Shown: positions 24,409 through 26,754 of the stretch, piece after piece | Position numbering within the stretch: the stretch's first letter is position 1 | How the letters are laid out: every line of letters begins with the position of its first letter | DNA from: Actinomycetota bacterium | GTDB taxonomy: Bacteria > Actinomycetota > Thermoleophilia > Gaiellales > Gaiellaceae | Reading direction: 5' to 3' | DNA: 26,754 nt | Assembly (NCBI GenBank): GCA_046723985.1 | Contig: JBKOVQ010000161.1 | Location: 1 to 26,754, forward strand | Notes under the pieces: generated by a model | Told to the model about the DNA's origin: nothing | The model's input: only the letters and a program-made list of their open reading frames with translations | Databases searched by the model: none | Program-made: the position numbers and the translations under genes

Positions 24409-25616
24409 TCCGCGTTCTGAGGGCGATCGCCCGTCTGAACATGGGCGGGCCGACGCTGCACGTCTCGTACCTCTCCGCCGGGCTCCGCGAACGCGGCTAC
24501 GAGACGATGCTCGTCGCGGGAACCGTCGGCCAGGGCGAGCAGTCGATGGCGTACGTGGCGGACGAGCTCGGCGTCCCGGTCGTGACGATCCCGCATCTCC
24601 ACCGCGAGATCTCGCCGGTTCGCGACCTGCTCGCGACGTGGCGGCTGGCGCGGATCATCCGCATCGAGCGCCCGACGATCCTGCACACGCACACCGCCAA
24701 AGCGGGGGCGGTTGGCCGTGCGGCCGCGCTGCTCGCCGGCCGCTCACGCCCCCCGATCATCGTGCACACGTTCCACGGCCACGTCTTGCGCGGCTATTTC
24801 GGCCGCTTCTGGACCGGTGTCTTCCGCCTGCTCGAGCGACTGCTCGCCCGGATCACGGACGCGCTCGTCGCCGTCAGCCCGGAGGTCCGCGACGAGCTCG
24901 TCGCGCTCGGCGTCGCCCCGGCGTCCAAGTTTCGGGTCATCCGCCTCGGCATCGAGCTCGACAACCGTGTGTCGTCCGACGGCTCCGCCCGGGCCGAGAC
25001 GAGGCGGACGATGGGCGTCCCCGAGGCGCGGTTCGTCGTGGGTTGGATCGGACGCATGACCGGGGTGAAGCGAACGGACGTGGTGCTGAAAGGGTTCCGC
25101 GCGCTGCGGGACAACGGTGTCGACGCGATCCTCTGCATGGTCGGCGACGGCCCCGACCGAGCTGCGGTCGAGCAGCTCGCGGGCGAGCTCGGAATCGTCC
25201 GGGATTGTCTGTTCGCCGGCTATCAGGAGGACGTCGGGCCGTTCTTCGCTGCGTTCGACGTGTTCGTCCTGCCGTCGGGGAACGAAGGGACGCCGGTGAC
25301 TGCGATCGAGGCGTTGGCGGCCGGGTGCCCCGTGGTGGCGACCCGTGTCGGAGGCGTGCCCGACGTCGTCGACGACGGCGTGGACGGCTTCCTCGTCGCG
25401 CCGGGCGCAGTGCAGGAGCTTGCCGCGCGGCTAGCCGAGCTCGCCCGCCACCCCGAGTTGCGGGTGCGGATGGGTGCGGCCGGCCGAGAGCGGATGCGGA
25501 CGCGGTACGCGGTCGACCGCCTGGTCGACGACGTCGACCGGCTCTACCGCGAGCTGCTCGAGTGGAAGGGCATCGACACCTCAGCTCTCAGTGCGGTAGG
25601 CGCCGAAACGCGTTGA
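24405..25616 (+). CDS. GT4 glycosyltransferase, 403 aa
   Basis: ATGA-coupled. IARLNMGGP, PTILHTHTAKAG, HTFHGH, IGRMTGVKR, PSGNEGTPVTAIEAL. Confidence 0.92.
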   Translation: MIRVLRAIARLNMGGPTLHVSYLSAGLRERGYETMLVAGTVGQGEQSMAYVADELGVPVVTIPHLHREISPVRDLLATWRLARIIRIERPTILHTHTAKAGAVGRAAALLAGRSRPPIIVHTFHGHVLRGYFGRFWTGVFRLLERLLARITDALVAVSPEVRDELVALGVAPASKFRVIRLGIELDNRVSSDGSARAETRRTMGVPEARFVVGWIGRMTGVKRTDVVLKGFRALRDNGVDAILCMVGDGPDRAAVEQLAGELGIVRDCLFAGYQEDVGPFFAAFDVFVLPSGNEGTPVTAIEALAAGCPVVATRVGGVPDVVDDGVDGFLVAPGAVQELAARLAELARHPELRVRMGAAGRERMRTRYAVDRLVDDVDRLYRELLEWKGIDTSALSAVGAETR

Positions 25617-26742
25617 ACGACGGCTTCTTGCGTCCGTCGGTCGTCATCAGCCCCGACTGCCACCCCGGGAGACCCGGCTCGTCGCGGACGAGGAACCAGA
25701 GCATCATCGTGATGTGCGGGTTCTTCCACGCGACCGCAAAGGCCTGCGTGAGGTATCGAGCCTGCTTGGTCCAGGAGACCCCGAACTGGGGATCGGGCGG
25801 GTTCGTCTGGTAGCCGTACTCGGTGATCCACAGCGGACGCGGTCCGTAGAGGCGGCGCATCTCCGCGATCAGGACGTTGATGTTCGCCAGCGTAATCGCC
25901 GTCGGCGCCTGGCCCGAGCGCGTGCTGGACGGCCGCGTGGTCGGGGTCTCGGTCGGGACGCCGTAGTACGGGTTGTGCGCGTACGCGTCGAACTTCCTCA
26001 TCCCGGCGCGCTTCGCGGCGAGCAGGAAGGCGACCGGTGAGACGGACGGCCTCGCGCTCGTCGGGTTGTTGTTCCCGCGCGGAGCGGTGACGCCGCAGGC
26101 GACCTGCTCGCCCTTGAACAGCGTCGCGTGCACGCCGTTGTAGACCGCGTTGCAGATCTTGGCGTACGCCTGCGTGCTCGCGACCACCCACTTCCCGTCG
26201 GAACGGACGAACTGCGGCCGCAGGAACGCGGGGTTGTTCGGCTCGTTCCAGGCCGCCCACAGCCGCACCGCAGGCAGGATCCGACCGTCGTTGCCGACAT
26301 ACGTCCCGCTGTAGCGGGCGGCGGCGGCGTAGGCGAACCCGCGGAGGAGCGAGTAGTTCGTCGGCGGACGGTTCGGGCTCTCGCCGCCGTTCGCCCACCG
26401 GGGCGTCCCCGTGATCGAGAACAGCAGCTTGATCCCGCGCGAGGCCGCGTACAGCGCCGTGCGGTCGTAGATCGACCAGTCATAGCCGGCGTCGCGCGGG
26501 TCGGTGGCATCGAACGGCCGGTGCTTGGCGACGCCGAGCGTGCCGCCCCAGTAGAGGTTGACCCGGAGGACGCCGACGTGGAGCGTCTGGTACTGGGCGA
26601 AGACCTGGTCGACGTTGCCGAAGAACGTCTGGCCCTCGTCGTAGACGCCGATGGACATGTGCGCCGTCGCGCCGCCCGAAGGCACACAGAGGCCGGCGGC
26701 GGCCGCCAGGGTCGCCGCCAGGACCCCCCACCGTTTACACAC
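25588..26742 (-). CDS. Secreted clan GH-A glycoside hydrolase (GH39/GH5-like), 384 aa; the true start may lie beyond the window edge
   Basis: Signal-peptide-like N-terminus (KRWGVLAATLAAAAGLCVPSGGATA), YDWSIYD, TPRWAN, WNEPN (acid/base Glu), HNPY, LWITEYG (nucleophile Glu). The frame stays open to the window end. Confidence 0.8.
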   Translation of the reverse strand: MCKRWGVLAATLAAAAGLCVPSGGATAHMSIGVYDEGQTFFGNVDQVFAQYQTLHVGVLRVNLYWGGTLGVAKHRPFDATDPRDAGYDWSIYDRTALYAASRGIKLLFSITGTPRWANGGESPNRPPTNYSLLRGFAYAAAARYSGTYVGNDGRILPAVRLWAAWNEPNNPAFLRPQFVRSDGKWVVASTQAYAKICNAVYNGVHATLFKGEQVACGVTAPRGNNNPTSARPSVSPVAFLLAAKRAGMRKFDAYAHNPYYGVPTETPTTRPSSTRSGQAPTAITLANINVLIAEMRRLYGPRPLWITEYGYQTNPPDPQFGVSWTKQARYLTQAFAVAWKNPHITMMLWFLVRDEPGLPGWQSGLMTTDGRKKPSFNAFRRLPH

Positions 26743-26754
26743 CGACCGGCGCCC

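Noticed and set aside
1-26754. CRISPR array, transposase/integrase, rRNA/tRNA, defence or toxin genes, simple-sequence phase-variation tracts
   Set aside because: There are no regularly spaced repeats, DDE/HUH/tyrosine-recombinase motifs or RNA gene signatures. Homopolymer runs seen are short (about 6 nt or fewer) and frames across them are intact.

Overview
High-GC (roughly 70% by eye) bacterial window that is almost entirely one cell-surface polysaccharide/glycoconjugate biosynthesis locus. It holds about 25 tightly packed CDSs in alternating divergent and convergent blocks. The gene content and style suggest an actinobacterium such as Thermoleophilia/Gaiellales, which is inference only. 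Sugar-nucleotide enzymes are a 5'-partial 4,6-dehydratase, GDP-L-fucose synthase and a second NAD-dependent epimerase. Assembly genes are a polyprenyl glycosylphosphotransferase, six GT4s, a CgeB-like GT, a GT2 + DUF2304 pair, three GT-C-like membrane proteins, a Wzx flippase and a Wzy/WaaL-like protein. Tailoring genes are AsnB, two deacetylase-like proteins, a GNAT and two methyltransferases (one apparently internally deleted), plus a secreted clan GH-A hydrolase. I found no rRNA, tRNA, CRISPR array or transposase. The most notable points are these. (1) A PpgS/Rv3632-like pair sits beside several GT-C-like proteins, suggesting an extracytoplasmic glycan-tailoring system. (2) A TANNNT hexamer lies 6-10 nt upstream of nearly every start that is not translationally coupled, including two tiny bidirectional promoters. 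(3) There is a probable CTG start coupled to an upstream TGA. (4) Two hairpin-rich non-coding inserts are present, one bridged by a 63-codon ORF coupled at both ends. Many supplied ORF starts were trimmed to the coupled or motif-supported start. All family calls come from motif reading, not database searches.
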